Below, piece after piece: positions 35,630 through 47,169 of a stretch of 64,000 bases of DNA. This DNA comes from Eukaryota sp. TZLM1-RC. Taxonomy: Eukaryota > Protista > Metamonada: BaSk clade. Position numbers and translations under genes: made by a program. The stretch's first letter is position 1. Each line of letters begins with the position of its first letter. The stretch covers positions 5,423,784-5,487,783 of the forward strand of contig JAUPSS010000004.1 of NCBI GenBank assembly GCA_040285825.1, read 5' to 3'. Under the pieces are notes generated by a model. That model was not told the origin of the DNA and searched no databases. It worked only from the letters and a program-made list of their open reading frames with translations.

Positions 35630-37915
35630 ATTTATTGAATTTGCACACTTGATTAAATTGAATCATAACTAATGGGACGACTATCATTAAACCAAGATTT
35701 CCTCTACATAATCTTGATTTGCTTGCTGTCTAGCTAAAGCTTCTCTAATTCGATTGAAAAACCGCGGTAATCTATTAATAATGGCAAATTGAATCCGTGA
35801 ACGCCATAAAAAAATATCAAATCTTTTCATTGTTTTTTCTTTCACCATTTTTTGGAAGTCATCCAAAAAAGTTTCTGCTTCAACTGATAATCTTCCATTT
35901 ATCGAAAATGGGAAAGCAATAAAAACCAACTGTGTATTTCTATCGACATTTGCATCTTCAATTTCTTTATCATATTTTCTATGTTTTTCTTTTGCTTTAA
36001 AATCCAGAGCAGCCACAGGATTAAGTTTTCTTCTGCGAACCAAAGTATCGTTTGCAACATTACATGAGACAAAGTCAACAATAGCTTCAGAATTATCAAT
36101 CCAATCACAGTATACATCACCTCTATCATCAGAACCAAAATTATTCAGAGAAAGTGTTTCTTTCAGCAGGGGCTCTTTGATACACGATATCCTTGCAGTT
36201 TGTGCCATATTGAAAACAGTGTCTCTAACAGCATCATGTAGTGAAGAACGATAAGTTATCAATTTAGAGCAATTTAGAACATGGCGCAAAGTGAGTTGAG
36301 GTGAATTCGAACAAATACATTTTTCTTTTGATAATAATTGGTTAATGGGGATGTTCAAATATAATCTCATTTTTGTTACAAATGCTTCATTAGTGGTACA
36401 CAATCCAAATCTTCGTGGTACAATGGTTACAAAAAGTGAAGAATCTGACGCCTTGTTTTCACAAACACCCTTTTCCAATAACAATGAGTGAAGATCTTGA
36501 TTTAAAACAGCCGAGCTGCAAATATTAATATAAAGATCTTTTTCATACATTCCAGTCAATCTTTTCTGTAATGTTCGAAGAGTGTACTTCAAATTTAAAA
36601 CATTTTTTTCTGGAATATTGCCATTGAATGATTGGGGAAAACATCGACCCCATTTTTCTACATCAATTCTTGAAATTTCTTCATTTAATGCAAAAACAGT
36701 GGAACTTTGCGTTGTCATCAATAAATCTTCCCAATCTGCAAATCTTTCGGAAAACTCAAAGATTGTATTTCTGCATCCACCAACAAAAGCACACGAGGTA
36801 AGAATAGAAGCCTTCGTCCACCCTAAACCACCATAATGTGGACTAAGGTAAGCATGATCTGGAATTTGAAACATTTTACATCCCAGTAATTGAGACAGAA
36901 CTTTTTGCACGTAACTCATTAAACTTTTTGAGCCAAAGGTCTAGTGACGAGAGGATTTGTAGATCGAAATATATGATTAAAATTGGAACTAAAACACAGT
37001 CTTATAATGGTAAATTTGATGTGTTTTTTTATATCTAAATTCATCATTCGGTCAATTTTGTCAGAAATTGAGTTCAACTTTTCAAACAATTTTTGGTAAT
37101 TTCATCATTATTTCCTAAAAACGAACCCAAATGACGAATAGCATCAATTGAATATAATTTGGCTTGAATTTCAATATCATCAATTACTGTGGAAACTGGA
37201 GAATTCGATAACAAAACACATTTAAGTAAATTAAGTCGGAGACCAATTTTGGTAAATAATTCTTTAAAACATACAGTTGCTTTTTTCACAATATTTAAAT
37301 CACCAATAAGCACAACATCATCCATATATGCAATCATTTTTAGTGAAGGAAACATCTCTTGAATTTGCAGTAGAATAGGATGGATGGCCAAACAAAACAA
37401 AAGAGGTCCTAACGGATCTCCTTGCTTTACGCCAGTTGATGAATTCAAAATGTTGTTACCAAAATGTAAATTAGAATATGTGCAATAAGTTGATTGAAAA
37501 TATGGTATTAATTCCGGCATATATTGCAATAGAGCACCATGGATACTGCGACGACTTAGTGAATTGAAAGCATTACTAAAATCCAATGACATGCAAACAT
37601 TGAATTCATTTTGACGAAATAAGACATCAGTGGCAAAAATCGCTGAAGAGACTCCATCAGTAGTATTTATACCATATTGAAAGGGTAATAAAATCTTTTT
37701 AGCTTTTTCATTGAACCTGCTTAAGCAACACGCAGAAAAAATATTGTGTAAGCTCTCAGAGACTGCAATAGGACGAACATCCATTTTTGAATTTTTGACA
37801 AGTGCAGTCAAACGAGAACTTCTTAATTCTTCTGGGTATTTGCGTTGACCAGATAATATTTGGTTGAAAAATTTAGTCAATAAACCAAGGTCAATAAACT
37901 TATTTTTACCTAATT
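35630..37915 (-). mobile_element. CRE-like non-LTR retrotransposon (RT 37074-37880, RLE 35687-36919), frameshifted
   Basis: VRPIAV, FQYG, LDFSNAFNS, GVKQGDPLGPLLFCLA, AYMDD; C-terminal CxC-H-C-HD-EP-RGD RLE. Confidence 0.9.
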
Positions 37916-38029
37916 GAGATAAAATTCAAGGAGTCAATTACTTTTTAAGGGTCGACCCACTAGAGTACCTGATTTCATGTTTGTTTAAGGGAATTAATTT
38001 TTTGAAAAATAATTCCTTCACAAATAATG

Positions 38030-39233
38030 ATCATTTTAAGTAAAAGTTATTTCGACTTCAGACCACTGATATACCTGGACATGCTTTCTAGGATACCCAA
38101 GCAATGTACAGAATTTTGATCCCAGATGAAATAAATTACCAGAAAAATTCGGAAGCGCTAAGGGGTGGAAATTTTGAAGAATTCCAACATCAATATTGGA
38201 AATGGATAATGCGGACAGGTAAAAGAGTTTTCCATCAGACAGTTTACTGTTTTCATTTTTCTGTGAGGACTGATGGTGTAAGTTGCTCATTACATCTCAT
38301 AAAGCTGGGAAGAGTCGCCTCAAGAAGCCCGAACAAGGTGAAAAAGATCCGTCCTTGACTGAAATTTCAGGAGATGAGCTGATAAATAATACCTTCACAG
38401 TAATTGACCCTGGCATTAGGGAATAATTGATGGCTGGGAAACGAAAATTAATTTGCCCAAATCCCAACATGTTAACTGAACCGCAATCAACTCCAACAAA
38501 TTCAAGATTAGAATGGGACGAATGGCGTCATGAAGAAAACAAAGGAAGAAATAGAGGTTTTATTAACAGAATGAAAAAATGTTGCCTAAAGTCTATTGTA
38601 GTAAAGAGAAGTCTATGAGGAAAAGTTGATTTATTTTCTAATCATATTATATAACCCTTGGGGCGCCAACAAAAAGAAAAAAGACAAAACAAAAGATTCT
38701 AGACTTCAGATTAAAACAAAATCCTCCTCCTCCAAATGAAAACAAGAAAAGAATATTAAAGGAATATACCTTCAAGAGGTTGACTGCTCCTCAACGAAGA
38801 AGAGAAACTCTGAACAAAGACCATCAAAAATTCTACAAGGATGTTAAAGAATCATGGATTATTCAAAACACAACTGTAAAGCAGTGGGAAGAAGAATTGA
38901 AACAATTTTCAAAAAAAAACTCTAGAACATGAAAAATTCCTAAACTACTGCAAGGCAAAAAACAACTCTTCTCTCCAAATTGGAGCTTTTTACTTTAATA
39001 AAGAATTAAGAGTCATTAAACTGCGAAGATTCATGGCCACAGAGAAGCTTGAAGCAAAGTGGATGAATGAATTTCAAAATAGGTTTGCAGGTCCAGAAGA
39101 TAACATTGTAGTGATGGGTGATTGGAAGCAAACCAATTTTAATGTCTATGGAATCGTAATGTCAAAACTGTTCTCAATATGATTCATGTTGTGGATCGGT
39201 ATCTCAAAGGAAATGAAAGACCTCAAGTTTTGA
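38030..39233 (+). pseudogene. Fanzor1 pseudogene (third family), interrupted by a solo LTR and internally deleted
   Basis: FHFSVRTDGVSCSLHL, VIDPGIR (RuvC-I), FYFNKELRVIKLRRF..EAKWMNEFQNRFAGPEDNIVVMGDW, LWNRNV..LNM..ERPQVL. Confidence 0.85.
38580..38671 (-). mobile_element. Solo LTR related to the 3487-5038 LTRs
   Basis: TGTTGCCTAA...GGGGCGCCAACA; flanked by AAAA on both sides (4-bp TSD). Confidence 0.75.
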
Positions 39234-39379
39234 ATCAAAACTTGAGGTCTTTCATTTCAAAACTTTTGAACAGCTCAAATTGATTCATTTCATTTCATAA
39301 AACATATTCTTCATATTTGCTTCATATTCTAGTAATCTCAACGGGTTACTACTATTTGACATTTTTATGCTGCTAGCTG

Positions 39380-40495
39380 ATGTCCAGTCTTACCTCTTGT
39401 ATACTTCACAAGCATGATCTCAATGATGATCACATAATGTTCTTCCTGCTTCGTCTTATCCATCATTTTGGTATCCTTCAGTACCGCCACATTCATATGC
39501 GCACGCTTCTAACTCCCTTTCAAACACTACCTTCAACACCATCCTCTCTCACAAAATCTTTAAAAGCAATAATCACTCCTTCCAATATCACTGCTCTCAA
39601 CCGTCGTACCCTTGCCAGTCTATGCAGCACATTAACATCTGGAAGCCCCAAGCCTAACCATCATCTCTCCAGAAACATGGATATTTTCTTTGTACTGTGT
39701 CCCCTCTCGGTCAAAATTCAGCTGACTTCTAAAGACTTTGATGATGTCATCGCCAGTTTTCCATCTACTACCTCACTACTATTTGTTCATTCTGGGACAA
39801 TACCGTTTGAGTCCAGAGAAAATCTTTTGTTTCTTTCCTTTAAAGATTTAACTCACTTCGTACCATTTTCCAATCTATTTATAATGAATAATTTACCAGA
39901 TATCTCAAGTGACGTCAGAAGTGATGACGTAATACGTGATCTTTTTGAGCTTTCACCAAGGACTTTTCCTGACTTTATTACCAATTTTGATACTCCTAGG
40001 CCAGTTTTTTTTAGTAAATGTGATTTTGGATCAGATTCACTAGATCAGAAATCAGAAAGTGAAGATCAAAAAGTAGGTCAAAAAGAAGCAAATTTTACAG
40101 AAATCTTGGAAGGTCTTTTGAAAAGTGATTTGGAATTCAGTACTCTTGAAGCAGTTCTTCCTTCTATTCTAGATGTTTATCAACAATTGAATCAAATGAG
40201 CCAAGGTCAAAAAGAAGAAATTTTGGTAAAAGTCAAGAATTTTCTGAGCTCTTTACCACGTGGACACAAATATTTCATTCATAGATCAATTTCTTTTCTT
40301 TTAATCATCCCAATTCTGTCTTATGTAAACCCGAATAGTAAGGAATTAATTGTCTTTTGTAAAAAAGCCAGAAGTTTTTTGAATAGTTATCTTGATTTAA
40401 TGGTATCAGAGGGTGTTTCTTTCGATGCCAAAGAATTAGTAAAGAAATACTGTGGACTTTTAGAACCTGATCAAAAGAAAATCAGAATTGATTAG
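39380..40495 (+). CDS. Hypothetical protein (exon structure uncertain)
   Basis: 371-codon open frame with protein-like composition; no motif recognised. Confidence 0.55.
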   Translation: MSSLTSCILHKHDLNDDHIMFFLLRLIHHFGILQYRHIHMRTLLTPFQTLPSTPSSLTKSLKAIITPSNITALNRRTLASLCSTLTSGSPKPNHHLSRNMDIFFVLCPLSVKIQLTSKDFDDVIASFPSTTSLLFVHSGTIPFESRENLLFLSFKDLTHFVPFSNLFIMNNLPDISSDVRSDDVIRDLFELSPRTFPDFITNFDTPRPVFFSKCDFGSDSLDQKSESEDQKVGQKEANFTEILEGLLKSDLEFSTLEAVLPSILDVYQQLNQMSQGQKEEILVKVKNFLSSLPRGHKYFIHRSISFLLIIPILSYVNPNSKELIVFCKKARSFLNSYLDLMVSEGVSFDAKELVKKYCGLLEPDQKKIRID

Positions 40496-40944
40496 GTTGA
40501 AACTATTTTTCATTTTAATTCTTTTAATTCTTTACAAATATATTGAAATAATTTCCTTTTAAATTTTATTAAGAGCCTTTTTGTCAAACTACTCAGCATT
40601 TTGGAACATCATTTTTTTCTGTTGGTATTTTTTTGAATTGTCAACTTTTTTTCTTCTATAAGCTATCGAAATATCGAACTTTTTCTCTAAAAAATAATAA
40701 ATGTGTATTCTTTTTATTGCTGAAATTAAACTTTATCAACCTATTGAAAATACTTGTAATTTAATTAAAAGGTAATTATTTTTAATTTAGTTGTTCAATT
40801 TTAAAATTAAGGATTAGTAGACAAGCAGCAGGGAAATCTTGATTTCTTATGAGAACTAATAAATCTTTTCTATTATCGTCACTCTTTAGCTACTCTTCAT
40901 AGTTTTATTTCTAGTTCAAGAAAATATTCAAAAAAATGAAGATC

Positions 40945-41410
40945 CACTGATGATATGAGATCCACTGATCTATGTAATGATTCTTTTATTCCAATGGCTC
41001 AATCAAAATATAGGAACCCCTTAACTGTTTCCGAAAAAGTCAAAATTGACAAATACAAAGCAAAATTGTTATCCTTGAATGCAGAATTGCATACTCATTA
41101 TGTCCTCTGTCCATTTGCAGTTCCCCTTTATGGAACGCTTGGACCTCTTGCTTTGACTTTCCTGGATGATTTTGTTGAAATTGTGAAACAACATACTGGA
41201 AGAGTTTTTGACAAGAGTTTTTGGCAAAACAGAATTGTATTTTCAATTTTCAAAGGTGTTGTTCCCTTACTATCTTCAGCTTTGTTACCTCTTGGACGCG
41301 TTTATGAAAGAAAAACCTCCAGTCAATTGTTTTTGGCTGATTTGGGTTATGAAGACATAGAATTTTAACCAGGTCGTATCGTTTGTTTTTTATTGGAATA
41401 AATAAAAAAA
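40945..41410 (+). mobile_element. Short 5'-truncated CRE-like copy (family of 21100-22975) with A-rich tail
   Basis: ORF 40955-41368 is nearly identical to the C-terminus of ORF 21160-21963; followed by AATAAATAAAAAAA. Confidence 0.85.
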
Positions 41411-41434
41411 GATATCAAAAAATGAATAATAATA

Positions 41435-41710
41435 ATTTCCTGATCATGCTTATCTTAGTCCATATTATGACAATTTAGGCTGGACAAATGCCTCAATTCT
41501 TACTTCTTGTGCTTTTATCGGTGGATATCTTTTTATGGCGCTTCTGAATTCAATTTGCCATAATTAATAGATTACCTCGGTTTTTCAATCGAGTAAGAGA
41601 AGCTTTAGCTAGACAGCAAGCAGATCAAGATTTTGTAGAGGAAATCTTGGTTCAAAGATTTTTGTCCCATTAGTTTTCAGTTTATTTTGTTAAGTGTGCA
41701 AGTTCAATCA
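41435..41710 (+). mobile_element. Fragments of the CRE-like family of 17470-19235
   Basis: GATCATGCTTATCTTAGTCCA and AGAGAAGCTTTAGCTAGACAGCAAGCAGATC match that family. Confidence 0.7.
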
Positions 41711-41925
41711 TTTATCAAAGAAAATGAATTAATTTTAGGCAAACGGGTCTAAAAAAAGATGGTTATTTGAATAGAAAGTTTCATTAAGAACAATAAGATG
41801 GTTAAAACATTTTTCAACTAAATTCTCTTGTGTTCACTTAAAATGATAATTTGGATAAAAAATTGTAGGACATGTTAGAAAAAAATAATGACTAGGGCTC
41901 AACAGAATGTGTTGAAGACTGCTTA

Positions 41926-41993
41926 CTGTAGAGCTTTACAGTTGTTATAGTTAAACTGTAAAACTCTACAGCTATTGTAAAGCTCCTTTTACA
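41926..41993. promoter_or_regulatory. Three TGTA-N6/10-TACA palindromic boxes upstream of the NmrA-like gene
   Basis: TGTAGAGCTTTACA, TGTAAAACTCTACA, TGTAAAGCTCCTTTTACA; the first two also form an 18-bp inverted repeat (17/18). Confidence 0.35.
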
Positions 41994-42025
41994 ATGTTCA
42001 CAATCCATTTCATTTCATTTTTCAA

Positions 42026-42999
42026 ATGACAAAGACTGTTCTTGTATTTGGAGCTTCTGGACATCAAGGAGTATGTTCTGTTTAAAGTAACCAAAGAAAG
42101 CATGTGTGGAACGACTATTCCAATCAGAGGAAAAGCCTAACATAAGAGCATTCTGTCGTTTCCGAAACGAAGAAGAGCATCAACACTTGGAAACTCTAGC
42201 ACCAGATGTCAACCGTTTACAATGCTTTCAAGGAGATATTAAGAACCCAGAACACACAAGAAAAGCAATGACTCACTGCAGTTCCGTAGTCATCATACTT
42301 CAACCTTCCCAGCTCTCTGATGACATTGAAGAAGGATGTCGAATGGAAACTGAAATAGGAAAACGTCTTGTATATGAATGTATTGATGCTAGTGTGAGAA
42401 ATATCGTCTATTCTTCTGTATGCGGAGCTGGTCAAAATGACCAAGTGCCTCATTTCTGGAGCAAAAAACTTATTGAAAGAGAATTAGAAAAGAACCGTGA
42501 ATCGTTCAACAGTGTACAGATCGTGAGGCCTGTTTGGTTCTTCGAAAACTTTGATATTGTACCTGAAATTAGTCAGGAAATACAACAAAATGAAACCTTT
42601 ACTACTCCCCTATCTTCTAGAGTCAAGCTGCCGTTGATCTCAGTTAGAGATGTTGGTTATATCCTGGCCGATTGTTCTGTTGCTCCAAGATTGCTGGATG
42701 CTCACAACAATATTCTTGAATGTTGCGTAGAAGAACTGCCTGTTGTGGAGATGGCTGAGCTTTGTGGTTTCAAGTATGAACAATGTTCACCTGAAAAATT
42801 CACACCTGCATACCAAAAGATGTTTCAACTGATTTATGAGGAACAACGAATCCATCCAAGTACCATTGACACCTTGAGATTGCTTCCAACTTCTTTATCT
42901 TTCAGAGATTGGGCTTATAGTAAGTATCCCGGAAGATTGAAGGCTATTCAGCCTCAGAAGGAACAGCAGTCATTATTTGCTGGAATTTCTACACAGTAG
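42026..42999 (+). CDS. NmrA-like atypical SDR / NAD(P)-binding protein; intron 42071-42096
   Basis: MTKTVLVFGASGHQG | KACVERL after removing a 26-nt GT-AG intron; IVYSSV, VPHFWSK, VRPVWFFENF, ISVRDVG. Confidence 0.88.
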
Positions 43000-43929
43000 T
43001 TTGTCTTTGAACACTAAAAAGTTTGTTTCGTTGCAAAATTACACTGCTTCAACATATAAATTTATATACGTCACAATTTTATCAGAATTTAACATTGTTC
43101 GGTCGTGTGTGATGGGTGCGGCGTGCGTCCGGAGTTCGCACTGCAATTTATTTTTTTACTTGCCCTAAGTACTTTTCGATTTTTTCGGTAGACGTTGGTA
43201 CAATTCAAAAAATTAATGTGATGCAGCTTATAACAATTTCAAATTTAATTGAGAGAATAAGACAACACAAAGTTCAACAAAATTCAAAATTCCACAACCT
43301 TCTTTTGACCATGAAGTTCTTGCAAAGATTTAGTACTTGAAGGACGTTTGATCGTGAAATTCTGCTGCATCAACTGTCTTGACGATTATAGAATCTCAAG
43401 TCAACGGTATGTTGTAAGCTTACCGATCATTTTCATATACATAGGAAACAATTTAAAGGTGTACTTGAGTAATTAAAATCAAGTTGTATTTAATATCATA
43501 ATCTACAAAATACCGAAGCAGATGGAAAAACGACTTTCAACTAAAATCCAATTACAACATACATAACGAATCAATTACACAATTGGAGCGCTGATCTTTT
43601 TCATTTCCTGTCAAGAATTGAAAGAAAGAAAGAATTAAATCAAATAATTACGCTGTGGTTTTCACTGGTCGTCTGGCGAGTCTTTGTATGTCGACTCCAT
43701 GTAACAGAAGGTCAAAAGTAAGACCTCCCATATGAGTGGTATAGTTAAAAGGTTGGTGGTAAAAGATTTATTTGATGAAAAAAAAATTCACACCAAAATG
43801 CAACCAGAATGAAAACCACAGTGGCAACATCAGAAATCACATTTTGAGTTGAAATCCTCTAAATCAGGAAGGAAACCTGATCACGTGATACTATCATGAT
43901 CTACTATTACTCTTTCTAAACTGGAATTC

Positions 43930-45907
43930 ATGGATGTGTTGGAGTGGGATATGGTAACATATAATGTTGGCAAAAAAGGAAAAGAAAAGACACTACTAGA
44001 TAGTAGCTTTGGGCGGGCAACTACTGGTGAGCTGTTAGCAATTTTAGGTAACGTTGCGTTGTAGTCAACAGCTGACAGTAGGACCTTCTGGTTGTGGGAA
44101 AACAACACTGCTGAATGCACTGGGAGGCAGAATTCGGGCCAAAGGACGTCTTGCATTCAATGGAGGTGTTTTAAAGGCAGGTGATACTGTCTTTATTACA
44201 CAGGACGATGTGGTCTATGATGCTTTGACTCCCCGCGAAGCTCTCAAGTTCTCTGCAGCATTAAGGGACAAGTCAAAAATCCTTTCATCAGAAAATATTA
44301 ATGAAAGGGTAGACACCTCCTTGAATGAATATAACCTTTTCAATATCGCCGACACTGTTATTGGTGACCCATCTGCTAAGAACCACATCTCTGGAGGGGA
44401 ACGCAAAAGAGTGTGTATTGCTAGTGGCATGATGAGTGATGCACCAGTTGTTTTGGTTGACGGTTATGTTCCATACTATGAATTCACTTATCACAGAACC
44501 CACATCTGGTTTGGATAGTTATTCTGCCTTAGAGGGTTTGAATCTCTCTTCTTAATAATCTCAGTAGTGCGAATTCTCAAGAGAGTATGTGCACAGAAAA
44601 TTTGTGTTTGTGTTATACATCAGCCCAGTACCGAACTCTTCTACGAGTTTCATCGTGTTATTATTCTGGGAAATCAAGGTCATGTATACTACTTTGGAAC
44701 TCCTCAAGATCTAAGTTCAACCATGGAAGAGGTGTCTTTACCTCAACCTGAACACGTTTCTCCTCAAGAACATGGTATAAATGTAGTTACTCCTCAAAAG
44801 AGTGAAGCATCCGAGCAACAATTGAATCATTTGGAGCGACTGGCGTATCAGCAAATGCAAGCAAGACAACCCGGCGTTACAGAAGACGATCAATACAAGC
44901 CATCTCAGAACCGAACCGGGAACAGTCTTTACCCTCCAACATCACGTCAGTTCAAATTCCTATTTTGGCGCAATATCTTGAACTTTAAGCGCAATCCGAT
45001 GTTTTTTTCACTTAGACTTGGTTCCTCCATATGGGTCGGTCTACTAGCTGGTTTAGTGTTCCTCAATCTCGGATTTACACAAACGGGTGCTCGCAGTCGC
45101 CAAGGGGCTCTTATTTTTGTGCTTTTATCCACTGCGTTTTCATCACAGCAAGGTGTGCTTACATATTTCCCGACAGAGAGATTGATCTTCATGAGGGAGA
45201 AGTATGAAGGACTGTACAATGCGAGGACCTACTTCATGGCTAGAACAGCTACTGACATTCCGGCAGAAATTGTTTTCCCATTCCTCACCGTGGCTATTGC
45301 ATACTGGATGATAGGCTTGCGACCGGGATTTCAGAGGTTCTTGCTCCTTGCTCTGTTGACAATGATGGTCGTCATGGCTGCTGAAAGTTTAGGATTGTTC
45401 ATTTCGGCGGTAACGGGATCATTACAGACAGCTTTGATTATTACACCCAATGTACTGTTTTCGTTTTGTTGTTTTTTGTTGACCTCAGATTCTTGTCTTG
45501 CTAATGCTTTTCTCTGGTTTTTTCCTAACTCTGGACAATGTTCCACCATATTTTGCATGGTATATTATCATAGACTTTCTTATTCAAGGGTTCCTCCTAT
45601 CAGCTACATCAGATGGGCATTTAATGCAGCAGCTATCAGCGAATTTCGGGGCCAAGAGTTTTATTGTGCTCCTGGTGAGACTGTGGGCGATATCTGCCCT
45701 ATAACTGATGGATCAGTTGTGCTAGCTCAATTGGGAATTGGTACATTTTCTATCTTTGTATCCATTATCTTTCTGTTGACTATAATTGTTACATTACGAA
45801 TTTTGACCTACCTTTGGCTTGAATTCTTTGTTAAAATTGATCCAAAGGGACGAGATATGCGACCCGATTATCAAAACCCCATTTTACAAGGATTTGAAGT
45901 GGTTTAA
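43930..45907 (+). CDS. ABCG (White-family) half transporter; introns 44048-44081, 44463-44496, 44536-44564, 45452-45488, 45560-45588; start uncertain
   Basis: Splicing restores LAILGPSGCGKTTLL (Walker A), ISGGERKRV, LVDEPTSGLDS, VIHQPS and the ABC2 membrane domain (ERLIFMRE, LFSGFF, FAWVPPISYIRW). Confidence 0.9.
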
Positions 45908-45979
45908 AGTTGAGTCTTATTCTTCTGTATTCTTATCAAATAATCCTCAAATAATACCTCCTAATAAAAGAAATAAGAG

Positions 45980-47044
45980 TAATATACAAGCAAAAGGTAC
46001 GTCTTGATCAAAGGCAACATCCACGTTTTTATATAAGTTTGACATCCATTAATTGAAATTAAAGAATAATACTGTATCTCCTAAAAAGAAGCTGGGCCTA
46101 AATACAATTCTGGAAATTCTGCGGCTTGTATTTGGGTAATTACAGAAATTGAAAAGTCTGGCGACTTATCCAGAAGAATGAACATGCTGGATAGAATTAT
46201 AAAATTAACATATCATAGAGCAAACAAATAGTCGGGAAAAGAAAATAAATAAATAAATAAATCAAGACAATAAATTCAAATGGTTGGTAAATGACTCTGA
46301 TGAGCAGATCCTTGAAAACCAGAATTGATGAAAAAAGATGGAGGACAAGGTATATTGAGGCAGATAACGATAGGATCAATATGATAGAGTCCAACAAAAT
46401 GACAATAAATAATGGCAAATACTGATTTCTCAGCGTTTGCTGCAAATTAAACAAATTTTATTGATTTTTCCAAGTTTGTGGACGCCAAACTTTGGCAAAT
46501 TTTTTGACAATTGATTTTTATAGACTTGACATGTGGAACATTCATAAAAAGCAAACTTTTGTTCATAAGCAAAAAACCAAAAATTTTCTATTGAAAAAAC
46601 CTTGTGCAATAGCTTGGCAATCCGAAAGATACTTTAATACTGATGGGGTATTATGGTAAAAACGGCTTCCAAAATTTGAAACATCAGAGGCCTACTTGAC
46701 GAATTGGATGGATTCAATTCGTCATCCATTTCTGAAAAAAAATGGATTTGAAGTATTGGTGATTAATGAAGCTTTCACTTGGAAAAATGTCCTGTGTGTT
46801 TTGAAAAGATTGCTACGTTTTTAAAGGTGTTCAATCCCAGATTTTTTAAGAAAAAAATGCTCCTTTACTACTTGTTTACTACTTGTAAATTGATAAGCTT
46901 GTAATAGTGAGAGTTGTAACTTCAGTAACAAAGGCTCACCAAAGTTTTTTCAATATTGATAAGCTGGGTTGTCTGAATATGTTAGCAATTAATGAAGCCA
47001 GAATGAATCGCAATGAAAGGCCTCAGTATCTGTGTAGTAGATAG
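45980..47044 (+). pseudogene. Fanzor1 pseudogene (fourth family)
   Basis: ADP*KPEL (RuvC-I), GNPKDTLILMG, FLKKNGFEVLVINEAFT (RuvC-II), CPVC..FLKVFNPR, NIDKLGCLNML..ERPQYLCSR*. Confidence 0.82.
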
Positions 47045-47169
47045 TTTTCGTAATTATTCCACACGAAAATTGATCATGTATTTGTGGGGAATTCCCACAT
47101 ATATAGCGAGCTGTTTTGATTACATCATTGCTCAATTATTGTGGTGAGTTACTGAAGCTTGGTAGTTCT

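Noticed and set aside
43095-43160. Short GC-rich segment followed by a T-run, as a possible snRNA, Pol III gene or Helitron end
   Set aside because: No recognisable tRNA, snRNA or CTRR terminus; too little support.
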